A stretch of DNA of 64,000 nucleotides. It comes from Octopus vulgaris (lineage: Eukaryota). The stretch lies in contig OX597814.1 of assembly GCA_951406725.2 (NCBI GenBank), positions 142,724,001 through 142,788,000 on the forward strand. The letters are read 5' to 3'. The position numbers and the translations under genes are program-made. Under the pieces are notes generated by a model. That model saw only the letters and a list, made by a program, of their open reading frames with translations. It had not been told where the DNA came from and ran no database searches. Shown here piece after piece: positions 11,989 to 26,213 of the stretch (the first letter of the stretch is position 1; every line of letters starts with the position of its first letter).

Positions 11989-13594
11989 CATTTAATGCGT
12001 CTTCAATGTAGGCATGAGGTGGATGGCATGATAGGATCTTAGGAGTCAAAAGACTACATTGTGCTCCAAAGTCTGTGAAGGTGTGTGGGTTAATGGCTAA
12101 GGTGATCAGCTCATGATCGCAAGATCGTGTGTTCAATTCATGGCAGTGTGTTGTGTCCTTGAGTGAAACACTTTATTTCTTGTTACACCATTTCACTCAA
12201 CCGGCAAAAATGAGTTTTACCTGCAATTCAAAGGGCCAGCCTTATCACACTCTGTGTCATGCTGAATCTCCCCGAGAGCTACATTGGGGGTACATGTGTC
12301 TGTGGAGTATTCAGCCACTTGCACGTTAATTCCACATGCAGCCTGTTTGGTAGGCCATATCACCTATAACTGACAGAGAACCAATGTTTACTCTGATATA
12401 GTTTCTATGTATGCTTTGGTATGGTTTCTATGTTTGGAGACCCTTGATACCAACTAATTTGCAGGGTATACAGGGTGCTCTTTTCGTGTGTGGCAACAGC
12501 ACTAACGCGGCCACTATATAACCCACAAAATTCTCCTAAGCTCTCTCTCACAAAACAGCAGTGAGGAAAGCAAACAACTATAAGAAGTGTTCTCAATGTC
12601 ACTTCTTGCTTAGCTTGAACATTTTAATTAACACCTTTCGGTTTTTAATTAGAAATAAAATATTCATATTTGTAACTTGTCATCATATTCAACCAATCTT
12701 CCACACTGTGCCCATACATGAAATTAGCCAATGAAAGAACCTCTGTGTAGTTACTCACTATGCTACAAATAGCAGCCAATCTCCTCCAAATCACACCCAC
12801 CAGGTTAACAAAGAAAGAAGAAACAAAACTGAACAACACATAAGATAATATAATTTTAAATACTTCTCAAAAGACAGGATGGTCACACTTAGAATAGTTT
12901 TGATCATCACTCTTCTTAATTAGGGTGATGGTAATGGGGAAAAGACTAATAATGGTAAAGAGTGTTTTCACACTTGGTGTGCATGAAGTTATTAAAGAGC
13001 GATTAGTAACATAAGGAAGGACATTTACGGAGGAAATCTGTCAAATGTGTGTGTTTTGGAGTTGGATGCTAAGCAGGGGTTTCTGCTGGATTAAAATAAT
13101 CCATTGAGCTACAATAGGTTAAGAACCATCAGATTATAATAAGTGTTTGAATAAACTAGCTGCTTGTAGTGGAAATGTTATAAAATGCTTAGTTGGTCGC
13201 AAATGATTTTTTTAAACATTTCAATATTTGTAGAGTGAAGGTTGTAAGCTAGCAGAATCGTTAACACTCCAGGCAAAATGCTTAGCGACATTTCATCTGT
13301 CTTTATTTTCTGTGTTCAAATTCCACTGAGGTCAACATTGCCTTTCATCCTTTCAGGTTTGATAAAATAAGAACTAGTTGAGCACTGGAGTCAATTTAAA
13401 TCGAATTAACCCCTGCCCTGAAACTGCAGGCTTTGTGCCAAAATTTGAAACCAATATTTGAAGAGTGAATGATATTGTAGGAAATGTAGATACTACTGCA
13501 TCGTTTTTCTCAGTTCTGACTTCATTGCTGAATTTCCAAATACTCAGATTAAAAAAAGAAAAGGAAAGAAAGAAAGAAGTAATTTCAGTCTTAC

Positions 13595-13632
13595 CTTGAA
13601 TTATATTCTTCCTGTTAGCTACAGTCTCCCCA
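13595..13632 (-). CDS. TIGAR: TIGAR-like gene, 38-bp coding exon
   Basis: tatttcag|T GGG GAG ACT GTA GCT AAC AGG AAG AAT ATA ATT CAA G|gtaaga gives (H)GETVANRKNIIQG, matching the RHGET-x-x-N-x-x-x-IIQG motif. The leading T would complete a split His codon CA|T. It joins in frame to the 602-406 exon across a ~13-kb GT-AG intron. Confidence 0.85.
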
Positions 13633-14830
13633 CTGAAATAATGAAAAAAATAAAAAAGATGTTTAGACACAAGTAAAACAAGCAGTGCAAAATATGTTCC
13701 ATAAAATCAAATATCAACAATCAAATAACACAATGACGAATTAAAATCTAGAGAAACAAGGTTACATTAATTAAATGAGTTAATGAAGAAATTCTTGTGC
13801 ACATGTGTGTGTGTGTGTATACATACGTATGAGTATATGTACATATGTATATAAATCATCGCGACTATTTAACATCTGGTTTTGAAAAAGTTTTGACATT
13901 TAGCAGTTAATTTTTTTTCTTCTAATTATTAACTGCATAACTTTGCTAACAACCAAAATTAACTTGAACTGGATTACTAGACATGCTACAGCAAGTACAT
14001 AATGAACATAGACTAAAACATACAGAGTGATGCAAGCCAATGAAGGAGCCTGTATATGGCTGCACATGCTAGAAACGACAGCCAAATATACCACCTTCAT
14101 CCTCACCATGCCCTACTCTTTTAAGAAACGAGGATAACATTGATTGGATAATGAAGTCCTAGAAAGGGATGGTCAATATCAGAATGGCTTTTGATCACGA
14201 GTTTATCAATCAGGTTTGGTTGCTAAATGAAACAACAGCATTTAAGCTAGCTAATGATATTTCTACATAAATTACTTTACATCATCGAAAAAGATGTTAG
14301 GAATGGCAGTCAACTTTCTCACAGACTAAACCCTACTCCTTTAAAAAGAAAACTGCACTTAGGATAATGTTGTCCAAGGTGCACTATTTCTGAGAAAAAG
14401 ACAGACTGACATGGCATTTGATGATTGGTTGATTTTACCAGCCACACCTGCAAACAGACAGACAGTCATGCTTCCACACAGTTTCCATTTTCCAGATTCA
14501 CTCACAAGGCATTTGTCAGCGAGGGGATATAGTTTATGAAAGTTGCCTAATGTGCCATGCAGGGACTGAACCTGAAGCCACATGGCTACAAAGGGAACAT
14601 ATTAACCATACAACCATGCCTGTGCCAAATATTCTCTCTCACTTTTTTACACAGTTGTCATTTGACCATGGCTGTGCTGGAGCATGGTTGAAGAAATTGA
14701 TCCCAGGACTAATTCTTGGTAAGACTGGTACTAATTCTATCAGTTTCTTAGGCCGAACTGCTAAGTTATGGGAACATAAACATACCACCAACAGTTGTCA
14801 AATGGTGGTGGGAGGACAAACAGACACAAA

Positions 14831-14869
<39 letters not shown>

Positions 14870-14907
14870 ACAAATACATACATATACATATATATATATA
14901 CACACAC

Positions 14908-14953
<46 letters not shown>

Positions 14954-16065
14954 ATTTACACATACATACACACACACACACACATACGATGGACTTCTTT
15001 CAGTTTCTATCTACCAAATCCACTCACAAGGTGCTATGCAGTGGGACTGATCCCAGAACCACGTGGTTGGGAAGCAAGCATCTCACCACACAGCCACACC
15101 CAATAATCAAGACTGCACAACTATCACTTGACTAATAATAGTAATGTGGTCTAAATCTGTTGCTCTGGTCTGTCTCAGATTGATGTTTATAATGTCTCAA
15201 ATCATTAACTTTAAGAAAAAATAATTAGCAGTTAATTAACAATATAGTATTTGATGAAGAGTAATTATTATAAACAATAAAGCTGCACCATCAACAGAGT
15301 TTATATCATAACAGGAATTTATACTATAAACAGGCAAATGGCAGCGTATATGACCAGGTCATAGACTAATCAGTTAAATTTTCTATTTAGAATGTAATTT
15401 ATTAGTCTAAATAACTTTTAATTATACTCAATACAGAAAAAGGAAATCTACTTGTAAGTAATTAATTATTCATTTATTATCGTAATAATGATAATGATGA
15501 TAATAATAGTAACGATTTATAACAGATGCAAGGCCACAAATTTTGGAAGAAGGAGTTAATTATTTTGAGCCTGAACTCTGTGGCATTTTATTCTATCACT
15601 CTCAGAGGGATGAAAGACAAGGCAGATGTCTGCTGGATTTGAACTCAGAACAAATACTACAAGGAAATTTGTCCGACTCGCTAACAATTCTGTCTATCCA
15701 CTGCCACGATAAGGATGGTTTTTAACATAGGTACAAGGACTGGAAATTGGGTGGAGGGGGTGTTAATCAATATCATTGATCTCAGTACCTGACTGGTACT
15801 TAATTTTAATGACTCAGAAAGGACAAAAGACAAAGTTGACTTTGGTAGGATTTGAACTCAGTACACAGAGGGCCACAGCAAATAATGCAAGTCTGACACA
15901 AACAATTCTGCCAAACTATCATCATCACCATCATTATGATGATGATGGTGATGTTAATGATAATTGCTTCTAATATAGGCAAAAAGCCAGCAGTTTTGCG
16001 GGAAAGGGAATTATTGATATCATCACCACCACCGGTATATAACCGGTACTATATTTTATCAATTA

Positions 16066-16285
16066 AGGCAGCGAGCTGGCAGAAACGTTAGCACGCTGAC
16101 CGAAATGCTTAGTGATATTTCGTCTGCAGGTACGTTCTGAGTTCAATTTCTGCCGAGGTCGACTTTGCCTTTCATCCTTTCGGGGTCAATTAAATAAGTA
16201 CCAGTTTTGCACTGGGGTTGATACAATCGAATTAATCTGTTTGTCTGTCCTTATTTGGCCTCTCTGTGTGTAGTAAAGAAATAGG
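16066..16285 (+). mobile_element. Meta-type SINE
   Basis: aggcagcgagctggcagaaacgttagcacg...gagttcaatttc...gcctttcatcctttcggggtc...gtagtaaagaaatagg. Confidence 0.8.
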
Positions 16286-18577
16286 TACTATATTTTATCA
16301 ATCCCAGAAGAATAAAAAGCAAACTTGACTCTGGTAGGATTTGAACTCAGAATGTTAAGAGCCAGACCAAATACTACACAGTATTTTTTCTCTTACACAC
16401 TAACCATTCTGCCAACTCAAGAAATTAAATTTTGTCTGTAAAAAAAAAATTAACAAAATAAAAACAATTCCTCCAAAGCAACAACAAAATTAAAGCCACT
16501 GTATAAAAGAAGGTCAATTACTTCATCTTGTTGATTGTTATTTACTCAAAAGGAACTACCCTCTCCCGATGACTTTTAAGATTTCGGTTAGATTAGCCAA
16601 AATGAGTGGAGCAGGTCAACTTGATCTTGCAGTATGGTAAAACAACAGCTGTATCACAAACAGCGAAGAGCTAACAACATAAAGCCTGACAGTTGGCTGC
16701 CACTTGTGGATATAAAAATAAAATATCCCAATCTCAAGACTCTGCCTCCTGCTAAGTAAGCATTCCATAGTAGTTGCTTAATAAATGACGAAGACGATGG
16801 CAAAAAAGAACACAAAGAAAATAATATATATATATATATAAAAAAAAACAATCAACAGTATAGGTTTTTTTTTTTCTCTCCTCTCAAATAGATATGTATG
16901 ACATATGCTCTCTAATTCTCTCTTTCTCTTGCTATCTTTCACTCATTCCTTCTGTCTCTCATGTACATAAATCATTTCCTCCCTATCTTTCTCAGCTTCT
17001 CTGTCACTCGCTCTCTCACTCATATATAGCCGTACATTGAGTCATAGAAATATACACACAGAACTATACAAGTTTCATAAAAGAAAAAACAAAAAAAAAC
17101 CCAGCAAATACTGAAAATGTTTTGTATTAATTAGTACAGAAACATCATTATCATCATTGTTCTCATCATTTAACGTCCATATTCCACGCTGGCATGGGTT
17201 AGACAATTCAACAGAAACAAATGAGCCAGAAGACTTTACCAAGCTCCGATATTGAAATTTAAAAAATGATGCAGAGTTGACCCAGGGTGGTTATGAAGCT
17301 TGTTTAGCAACTGTATAGTTTCAGGTTCAGTTCCACCACACAGTACCTCGGGCATGTGTCTTCTACCACAGCCCTGGGTAGTCCAATATCTTAAGGCTAA
17401 ATTTGGTAGAAGGAAATTGAGTAGAAGCCTGTTATATAAATATGTTTAAAAAATAAAAAACAAAAGCCTGTAGGTGGTTGCTTGAAATGCTAGAAATAGA
17501 CACACTGAACTATTAAGCTACCTAATATATAAAATGATATGACAGAATTATGGATATACAATTCACTTTGAGAATATGAAGTTTTGTATTCTATCTCAAA
17601 GTGTGGCATCTTGGGTGTGTACCTGCTACTGTAGCCTCAGGTCAAATAATGCCTTGTGGGTGGAATTAGTAGATGGAAATTGTAAAGAAGCACAAGAGCA
17701 TGTTTGTGTGTGTATGTGTTTAGGCATACACACATATATATATATCATCTCTTTGGTAAGACATGCTCTTCTCCTATCATAATTTTATACACCACCAGTC
17801 TATATCCCACTCAGTCAATGGGTTCTTATCTTGAAGGTACTTGGCAACCTCATTGGTGCTGGTGCCACATAATAAGCACCCAGTATACATTGTTAAGGGC
17901 ATCCAGCTAGAGAAACCACACCAAAGCAGATACAGAACCTGGTGGAGGCCTGTGGCTTGTCTCTTCTTGTCAAGCCATCCAACCCCTGCCAGCATGGAAA
18001 TAAACAAAAAAAATAAATGTTTCCTTCTTGAGCCATGCCAGGCTCATAAAGACTGGTTTCCCAGTTTCAATGGCGTATATATTCCCCACCTGGATGAGAC
18101 GCCAATCCGTCACAGAATTACTCATTTTTGCCAGCTGAGTGGACAGGAGCAATGTGAAATGAAGTGTTTTGCTCAAGAATACAATGCATCGCCTGGTTCA
18201 GGAATAGAAACCAAAATGCTGACATGGAAACAAGGATGTTAAAAGATGATGATGATGAGGAGGAGGATGATGTGTGTGAGTGTGTATATAAAGGGTAAAG
18301 ACCTTTGGTCATGAATGACCATTGGATTGCACCTAGAAAATTATCCTCCGAGGCACAAGTTTGGACAAGGTTGTTTATGGAAGAAGAGCAGTTGTTTATG
18401 CAAGAGAAAAGCAAAAGCTGATACAGCTTGACACCTGTGATGTCACAAGTCATTTGTACAGCTGAGTGAACTGGATGGAGCACAACACATACTCTAGCCT
18501 GGGAATCAAACTCACTACTTCATAACTGAGGGCCCAATGTTCTAACCACTGGGCCATACACCTTCACCCATATATAT

Positions 18578-18632
<55 letters not shown>

Positions 18633-19605
18633 CGTTCCATGCTATTTATACATGTACATTCAAGATGCATAGATATGTGTGTGTGATGCAGCTTAACATG
18701 AAATTATTTGAGCAAAAGAATGGTGACATAACAATGACATTCCCTGTTAACAAATTCCACTGGTTTACTACAATGAACTAAATGGCATCAATCAGAAATT
18801 TTTCTAGCATAATAACAATACAGTTACTAACTACATTACGATAATTATTTAAATTGGAGTGTATTTTTTTTTTATATGGCTTAGCTTTAAATCACATGTG
18901 AAGGAATGTAGCCTAATGGTTAAAATATCGGATCCATGATCAACAGATCATGGGTTAAATTCCTCAACTAGGTGTAGTATTGTGTCCGTGACCAAAACAT
19001 TTCATTTCTCAAAGCTCCAGTATACTCAGCTGGAAAAGAGTGCTAGCTCAGTGCTCTGGGGCAGACCTGGTGGGTGGTGGGCACATGCTGCTCTCAATAA
19101 AAGAAGTGCACTCTTCTAAATAATGTTATTATGCCCTTTTCTCCTAGAATTGTATTCCATTCTGATCTTGTGACCTCGCTTCGAAAAATTCCTGGGACTA
19201 TGCCTATTGCTGGTGTAGTTCTCTCTCTCACTCTCTTTCCCTCTACCCATCACAGGAGACAGATAGAACAGGTGCCAGACTTTAAAAACCCACAAATACT
19301 AGGGTCCCATTTTTCCCTATACACAGGAAGTCAAGATCATTGTCCAAGCAAAGATGGTGTAGGATTAATTGAGCGAGATTTGGTCATTTTTCTAGTAGGT
19401 TTGGTAACCATGTAGAGGGAACTGTCTAAATAAGGCAAAGGCAACCTTTACCCTGAAATGGGCCATGTAATTCATGGTTCATCATCAAAAAAATTTCAAG
19501 GTAATTTTTTATTGAACATGCCATTCAAAAAGCCCCACAGGCCACAACCTGTTCATGGCTGATCTCAATGTCTCTTTGTAGTGGGGTATGTTATTTTACA
19601 AGTTA

Positions 19606-19885
19606 ATTATTTACATTTGACAGATATTTATCCTCATCTTGTTTGTTGTTAACACAACTTTTCGGCTGATATACTCTCCAGCCTTCATCAAGTGTCTTGG
19701 GGAAATTTCAAACCCAGGTTTGAAATTAGGAATGAGAACCAAGGTTTGAAATTACTCCAAGACAACTGATGAAGGCAGGAGAGTATATCAGTTGAAACGT
19801 GTTAACAACACAACAAACAAGATGAGAACAAATATCTGTCAAATGTAAATAATGTACATAATTCCTCATCTCTCAAATATAGAAC
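19606..19885. mobile_element. Penelope-like inverted pLTR pair (palindrome) with two hammerhead-like motifs
   Basis: Arms 19606-19710 and 19746-19853 are reverse complements. Each carries (C/T)TGATGA-aggc(t/a)g-gagagtatat-cag(cc/tt)-GAAA. Confidence 0.75.
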
Positions 19886-21283
19886 TAGTTTACAAGTTGT
19901 TACAAGGCATAGTAGATCTAGAAAGGTCCAGACCATTACAAACTTGCAAGAAAAAAAAAAGGGATAAAGATCCTTTCCAAGTCATATAGACTCATAGGGC
20001 TAGTTCTCCAGTTTCTGGTCCAGGAATCGAAACCAAAATCTTATGATCATGAGTCCAACACCCCTAACCATTAAGCCACATGCCTTCACTAACTTGCGAG
20101 GACTACTTGGAAATTAATGATAAGTTTTTCTTCATTCTGATTTAGCTTTTGTGTGGGTTGATTCCCACAACATGGTTTTATTTCATTTCTGCTTTCACTA
20201 ACTCGAGCAAATCCTGTTGCAGTTATAATACAGAGTGATCAGAATGAGTGTAAGAAATACAAATGGTGAGCTACTTTCTCATGATCGATAAATGAAAATA
20301 GATACGGCCTCACACAATGAAACTAATTATTGTACTTGAATAACAGCTGAGCACAGATACAAATGACTGTGTGTGTCCAATTGTAAACATATGTCAACAA
20401 CCCATGCATGCATTTTCAGAAACACTCAACACTTGTTTGCATGGGAAAACATATGCAAATATCTTTTTTTGTCTTCCTTTTCTGATAACAAGGGAACTGT
20501 GCCAATTTTTATTGTGAAATTTTGTGTTAATTCAAAAGCTAAATCGGTGAGTTTTGATGATAAATAAGGTTAATTTGGTTTATATATGACCAGACTACTT
20601 CAATCCTTTACAGTTAGTTTTTTTTCTTTTTTTTATCTAAATGATAGAGAAAGAGATTCTGAACAAAAAATATAGTGAGAGGTACAAGTGTGATTGCGTG
20701 GTAAGAAGGTTGCTTCCCAACCACATGGTTCTGGGTTCAGTCCCATTGTGTGGCACTTTAGGTAAGTGTCTTCTATAGCCCCAAGTTGACCAATGTCTTG
20801 TAAGTAGATTTGGAAAACTGAAACTGTGTGAAAGTCCATTGTGTGTGTGTATGTGTGTGTGTGTGTGTGTGTGTGCATGCACGCACATATCTATATGTGT
20901 GTGTGTGTGTGTATGCAAACACATTATGTGTGTGTGTGTTATCATCCCCTTGCTATAACTCCACACACATGGTAGCTGAAAACAATTATCACCACCATGT
21001 AAGTAATGTCCTTTGATTCCTATCTTTTGCAAAAATGTATCTGGTCATGGGAAAATATTACCTTACTAGGAAACAAGAAGGGGTTGTGACAGGAAGTGCA
21101 TCCCAGCCATAGAAAAAAAACCCACCTCAACAAATTCTACCCCAACCATGCAAGAATGGAAAAGTGGATGTTAAAATGATGATGATGATAGAAGTATGTT
21201 ATACCGTTTGCTAACAAAATAACACAAAACTGCAAAGACATTTGGAAATACTTTGCATTTTTTTTTCTCATGCTGTCTTTTAA

Positions 21284-21875
21284 CTCTTTAGCATTTAGAT
21301 TTCTATGTCAAATGTATTGCTTATTCATCCACATTGATCGAAATCGATCAACATCAATGGAAATTGCAGCTGTGATACCAGTGCCGATGGTACGTAACAG
21401 AACCATCCGAACGTGGCTGTTGCCAGCGCCTCCCCGACTGACCTCGTGCCGGTGGCACGTAAAAAGCACCATCCGATCATGGCCGTTTGCCAGCCTCGTC
21501 TGGCCCCTGTGCCAGTGGCACGTAAAAAGCACCCACTGCACTCATGGAGTGGTTGGCGTTAGGAAGGGCATCCAGCCGTAGAAACATTGCCAGATCAGAC
21601 TGGGCCTGGTGCAGCCTTCTGGCTTCCCAGACCCCAGTTGAACTGTCCAACCCATGCTAGCATGGAAAGCGGACGCTAAACGATGATGATGATGATGATG
21701 ATGATTGTTTTGAATTAATCACACATTATCTTGTAGCTTCAAGATTTTAATTTGTGTATTTGTATATTTTAAGAATGACATTGTAGGGTAGGTGTGAGAG
21801 GTTGGATCTGGTCAGTTTCAACGTAAAGCAGGTTGAATATTTGGGCCTCTCATGGCCAGATTAAATGCTAACGGG
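21284..21875. mobile_element. piggyBac-type MITE interrupted by an RTE-tailed SINE (~21336-21703)
   Basis: TTAA|ctctttagc...gctaacggg|TTAA. The two halves join to give the family seen at 47938-48157. Confidence 0.75.
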
Positions 21876-22599
21876 TTAACTGAATATTAGTTATATTGTG
21901 CTTGATTGTAAACTCGACATAAGAAGAGGAGTTAGAATTAATGTAAAAATAATTGGCTATTCATTTAACATAGAAAAAAAAAATATTGTTAAAAAAATAA
22001 TAGGGCTCTGTTATGTTAAGCCCTTTGCTCCTTATGGAACGTAGGCCAGGCCACCATTAACTTTTCTCCACTCCTCTCTAAGGTTTGTGGGTTTTGAATT
22101 GTAATTGACACTTTTTTAACTTGGCTTTTTTTCTATGTTGGAGTGTTGACCATAAGCAAAGTTTTAACCTCTGGGAAGCAGTGGTCAATATAAGTTTGAC
22201 CTCTGTCCTTTGACCTGTCAATATTGAAGGCTTTAATAGGAGCATGTGCTCTGCTGGCATAGCTCTCAGGGTTACTAAGGTACACAAGTCTCTACATCAC
22301 AAAGACTGAACCATGTGGTGGTAACAGGACTCTATGTAGTACAAAATATCGATATTTATGCAAAAAAAAAATTTGTTCAGCAAAAACCATTCTAAATTAT
22401 GCTGACCAAAACAAAAAAAAAATGTTTACATCACAAATTCTGCTGATCCCTTGATTTTTCTGGCAATAATTCTTTCCTTTATGCTCACAAAATTTTAATT
22501 AAAAAAAAAAATTCATCATTTAAAGGAAGGAGGGAAAAAATCATTGCTAATGACCTTTTACATTGCTTCTGAAACTGGTTGGAAGAAGTGAGGAGGTTA

Positions 22600-22797
22600 T
22601 TTTCAGATGAAAAGCCATACTCCAAACATGACCTCTACACCTCAACAGTGAACCATGACTATGGCTATGGCATCTGCACTATCGGTGGCCAACTGTCAGA
22701 TGTGGTCAGCATTTATGAGGCACGTGGTTAACTCACTGGTCAGAGCCAGTTCAACATACCCACAGTGAATACCACCACAAGTCAAAGTTCAAGTACA
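22600..22797 (+). mobile_element. Decayed RTE-clade LINE 3' end
   Basis: WSAFMRHVVNSLVRASSTYPQ*IPPQV resembles the RTE C-terminal WS..VRDVVNS...AGSTRPG*MP.QV pattern, with a caagt-like tail. Confidence 0.45.
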
Positions 22798-24636
22798 GAC
22801 CTGAATGCTGACAACAAAAGGGAGTCCACAGAAGGTTCCCAACAACCATGTGGCTATTTTAAGATGGTCAATGGATTAACTCTACTAGTTACCTCTCCCA
22901 CAAAAAGAAAACAAAATAAAAATGCATCCCCCACCTCTAATGAACTTTTACATAATCTCTGTCTACCAAAATTTCATTCACAAAATGCTGCACGGTAGGA
23001 TTGAAATCTAAATTGCATGGTGGCAGGGCAACCTCCTTAACCACACATCTATGACTACTAACTACTATGGAAACACATTGTGATAAGAGTGAAAATTAGA
23101 AGCTTGCATCTGGTTTTCAGAGTTTAAAGTTTAGATTACTAGAGCAGTGAAAATAAAAAAAAATAAAAGTAATAAATAAATACAATAAAAAAAACTTAGT
23201 CTTTTTGAAGAGAAATATTTTCACAAAGCTAAACTTAAGCAAAAGCAGAAAACAGATTTTTTTGGTTTACTTTTCAAAATTGACGAGTGGGGTGGGTTAA
23301 AGTTGAAAAACTTTTTTTTTGTTGTTTTTGTCTCGTATCTACCAATACTCACCACTTTTGCTGTGTTTTGATTATGCTATTATTATTATTATTATTTTAC
23401 TTTTTCATGCTCTGCATTTTGCAACTAGCTCAGAAGCCAAATAAATAAACTCGCATATTCCTTTTATGAGCCTATGGCAATAACCCAGTAATGTCTGTTG
23501 CGATATCATTGAACATAGGTTATATAAGTTGTTGATGTCACCTCTGGCTTCCTGATTGCACATGCTTAAGAGGTCAATATCCTTTAGGCTTTTTTACTTT
23601 TATATTCTCGTAGGCTAACTCATACATCTAGTTTAGAGCAATTAAACTAATTCACATTTATTTATAAATCAATGTGACTAAATAAAACCATTAAACTGGA
23701 TACGAAGACGAAAATATTCATAGTTTTAGGAAGTTTGGTGACCTAGTTCATAACATGTTGTGATTAGCAAATCATCATCATCGTCTATTTTCCCAAGTTT
23801 GAAGTGACTATTTTTAAGTGAGACAGCGTTTTACAGCTGGATGAACTTCCCAATGCCCTTTTAGTTATCTCTTACAAGATGCTGAGATAAACCCGAATGA
23901 TACTTATATTTACAAAGGAAATAATGCTCAATGTATTCTACAAACTGTAAACACATATTGTGTTGTACAAAAAAAAAAATACATACCTAGTTTTCTTCTT
24001 TGGAGTTCAAATGGGAAAGAAAGGGCGGGGAGCAGGAAATCTGAACAATTAACTCAGTATCATCATCAATATCATTTTACATCCCATTTCCATGGTGGCA
24101 TGAGTTAGAAGGGTCATCAGTCTGAATCAGCTTTTACTCTTCTAGACAAGCCAGAAGATCATGTTTTGGTCATTGATTTTATATTTGGCAGTTTCTATAG
24201 CTGGATGCCCTTCCTATAACCAACCACTTTACAGAATGAACTTAAATATTTCCAATTACCAATTCAAAATTATCATTTTCTAACATTCATATTTCATGCT
24301 GGCATGGTTTCAATGGCTGGATAGCCTTCCTGGTGCCAACCACTTTATTTCAGTGAAACCTGTCAGTGCTGGTGCCACATGAAAAGCACTGATGTCGGTG
24401 CCATGTAAAAGGCACTGGTGCTGGTTCCATGTAAAAAGCACCTGGTACATTTTGTAAATTGGCTGGTTTTAGGAAAGGCATCCAGCTGTAGAAACCATGC
24501 CAAAAACAGACAAATGGGACCTAGTGCAACACTTGGCCTTACCAACTCCTGTTAAAACCCATGCCAGCCTGGAAAATAGATGTAAAATGATGATGATGAT
24601 CTGTATTCTCAGTATCCAAAAAGAATTTAGTTATCA

Positions 24637-25029
24637 TCTATATATATAAAGTTGAAGTTGTCTGTGTGTGTGTGTGGCAGGTTTGGTAGCCTTCAACTAA
24701 CACTATCTCTTCCAAGACTCTGTGGCGCAAGTTGACCAAAATTGAGAGTATGATAGAAGAAGGTTTGCTCTTCATTTCGTAGAAGAAAAAACTCAAATTG
24801 GACTATAAGACCAAAAATTATTTACATCAAAAAAGTGCTATTTTTCTATGAAATTCCCTATTTTTTACGATTTTTTTACTGCTGTGTTGCCATTTTTCAG
24901 TGTATTTCAACCAGAAAAATGTTCACTTAAAGAGAATAACAAGCTACATAATGCAAATTTTTTACTTTTCAAAAATTCCAATTCTAAAGGGTCAAAACAA
25001 ACCCGAGCAACGCCGGGCGATACTGCTAG
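24637..25029 (+). mobile_element. Non-autonomous Helitron, copy 2
   Basis: a|TCtatatatataaag start, internal (GT)n, 3' hairpin cccgagcaacgccggg then atactgCTAG|t. Inserted between A and T with no TSD. Confidence 0.85.
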
Positions 25030-26213
25030 TTTAATTATAAAACAAGTAATCAACAAATGCTTTGCATCAACCATGATTTTAATAGGAATAAGGAGAGAGC
25101 TCTTGATTTTTCTTCCTAGACTGGTGAGATTGATGCAGTGGTTGGTTAGCCTGAACCACTGTAGATCAATGTCTGCAACAGCAACAGTAAATTGGGTGGA
25201 GCTGCAACTGTTTAAAGCAGCCAAGGACCAGGTGGTGGTGTCAAAATGGGTAACATGTTTAGTTTGTCTTAATCTGATGTTAGCTAACTTGATACATCAC
25301 TCCTGTTAACTGTATTTCTCTCTCCCAGTTTATCTTTCATCATTACTTTTAATTAAGAATAAAAACATTTCTGAGTTGAAGAGGAAACCAGTGGTGTAGT
25401 GTGTTTGTCTCAAATATATCCTCAAAGACAGGAAATGGTTCCAAGCACATGCATTACATTAAAGTAGCTTCATTTGCAAAACACTGCAGAAACACACACA
25501 CACACACACACCGCAAACCAAAAGCAAAAAAAAGACAGCTAAAAATAAGTCATTTTCGTTGTTTCAAACAACATATGTTTAGAAGTGGCAGTCACTTTCA
25601 CATTGTACATCAACAAATTAATGCATTTCATGTTTTCGAATAAGAAAACAAATTTGTTATTTGTTCATTAATGGGTCAGGCAAGTGTATTGCACTTGCAA
25701 CATTACAATATCTGGCATTTTTTTTTTTTTTCTTTTCATATTTTTAAGTTCAAAGAATTTGGGAACCATTCTTATAATAAGCACTTGAGTACTGCCATAT
25801 GTGTGTGTGTTTTGGTAATGTATATCATTGGTGAAAGATGTAAATGACAATAAGAGGACCGATAAACCATGTCACTTTTACCACTATGAATGCAACAAAT
25901 CAATGTTTGGTCAACTGTGAAGCTATATGCTACAATGCTCTTGTGTACAAAAAGCAATATGATATATAAAGTGGTTACTCACAATCTTGGTGAAAATTAA
26001 ATAAACACTACACACACACACGGCATTTCTATTGCTTATTATAAACATATGTGTGTGCATACACACACACATTGTATTTTATTATATAATCCTTAATTAT
26101 CTATATTTAATTTAGCATCCAAAATTAGGTGCAGGCATGGCTGTGTGGTTAAGAAGTCTGTTTTACAACCACACTGTTTCAGATTCAGTCTGAGTGTAGA
26201 ACACCTTGAAAGA

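Noticed and set aside
11792-12136. Poly-Pro/poly-His ORFs
   Set aside because: A trinucleotide microsatellite attached to a repeat tail, with no splice or domain support.
13900-13990. IQFKLILVV as TIGAR exon 1
   Set aside because: No Arg-CA|gt ending and no compatible donor.
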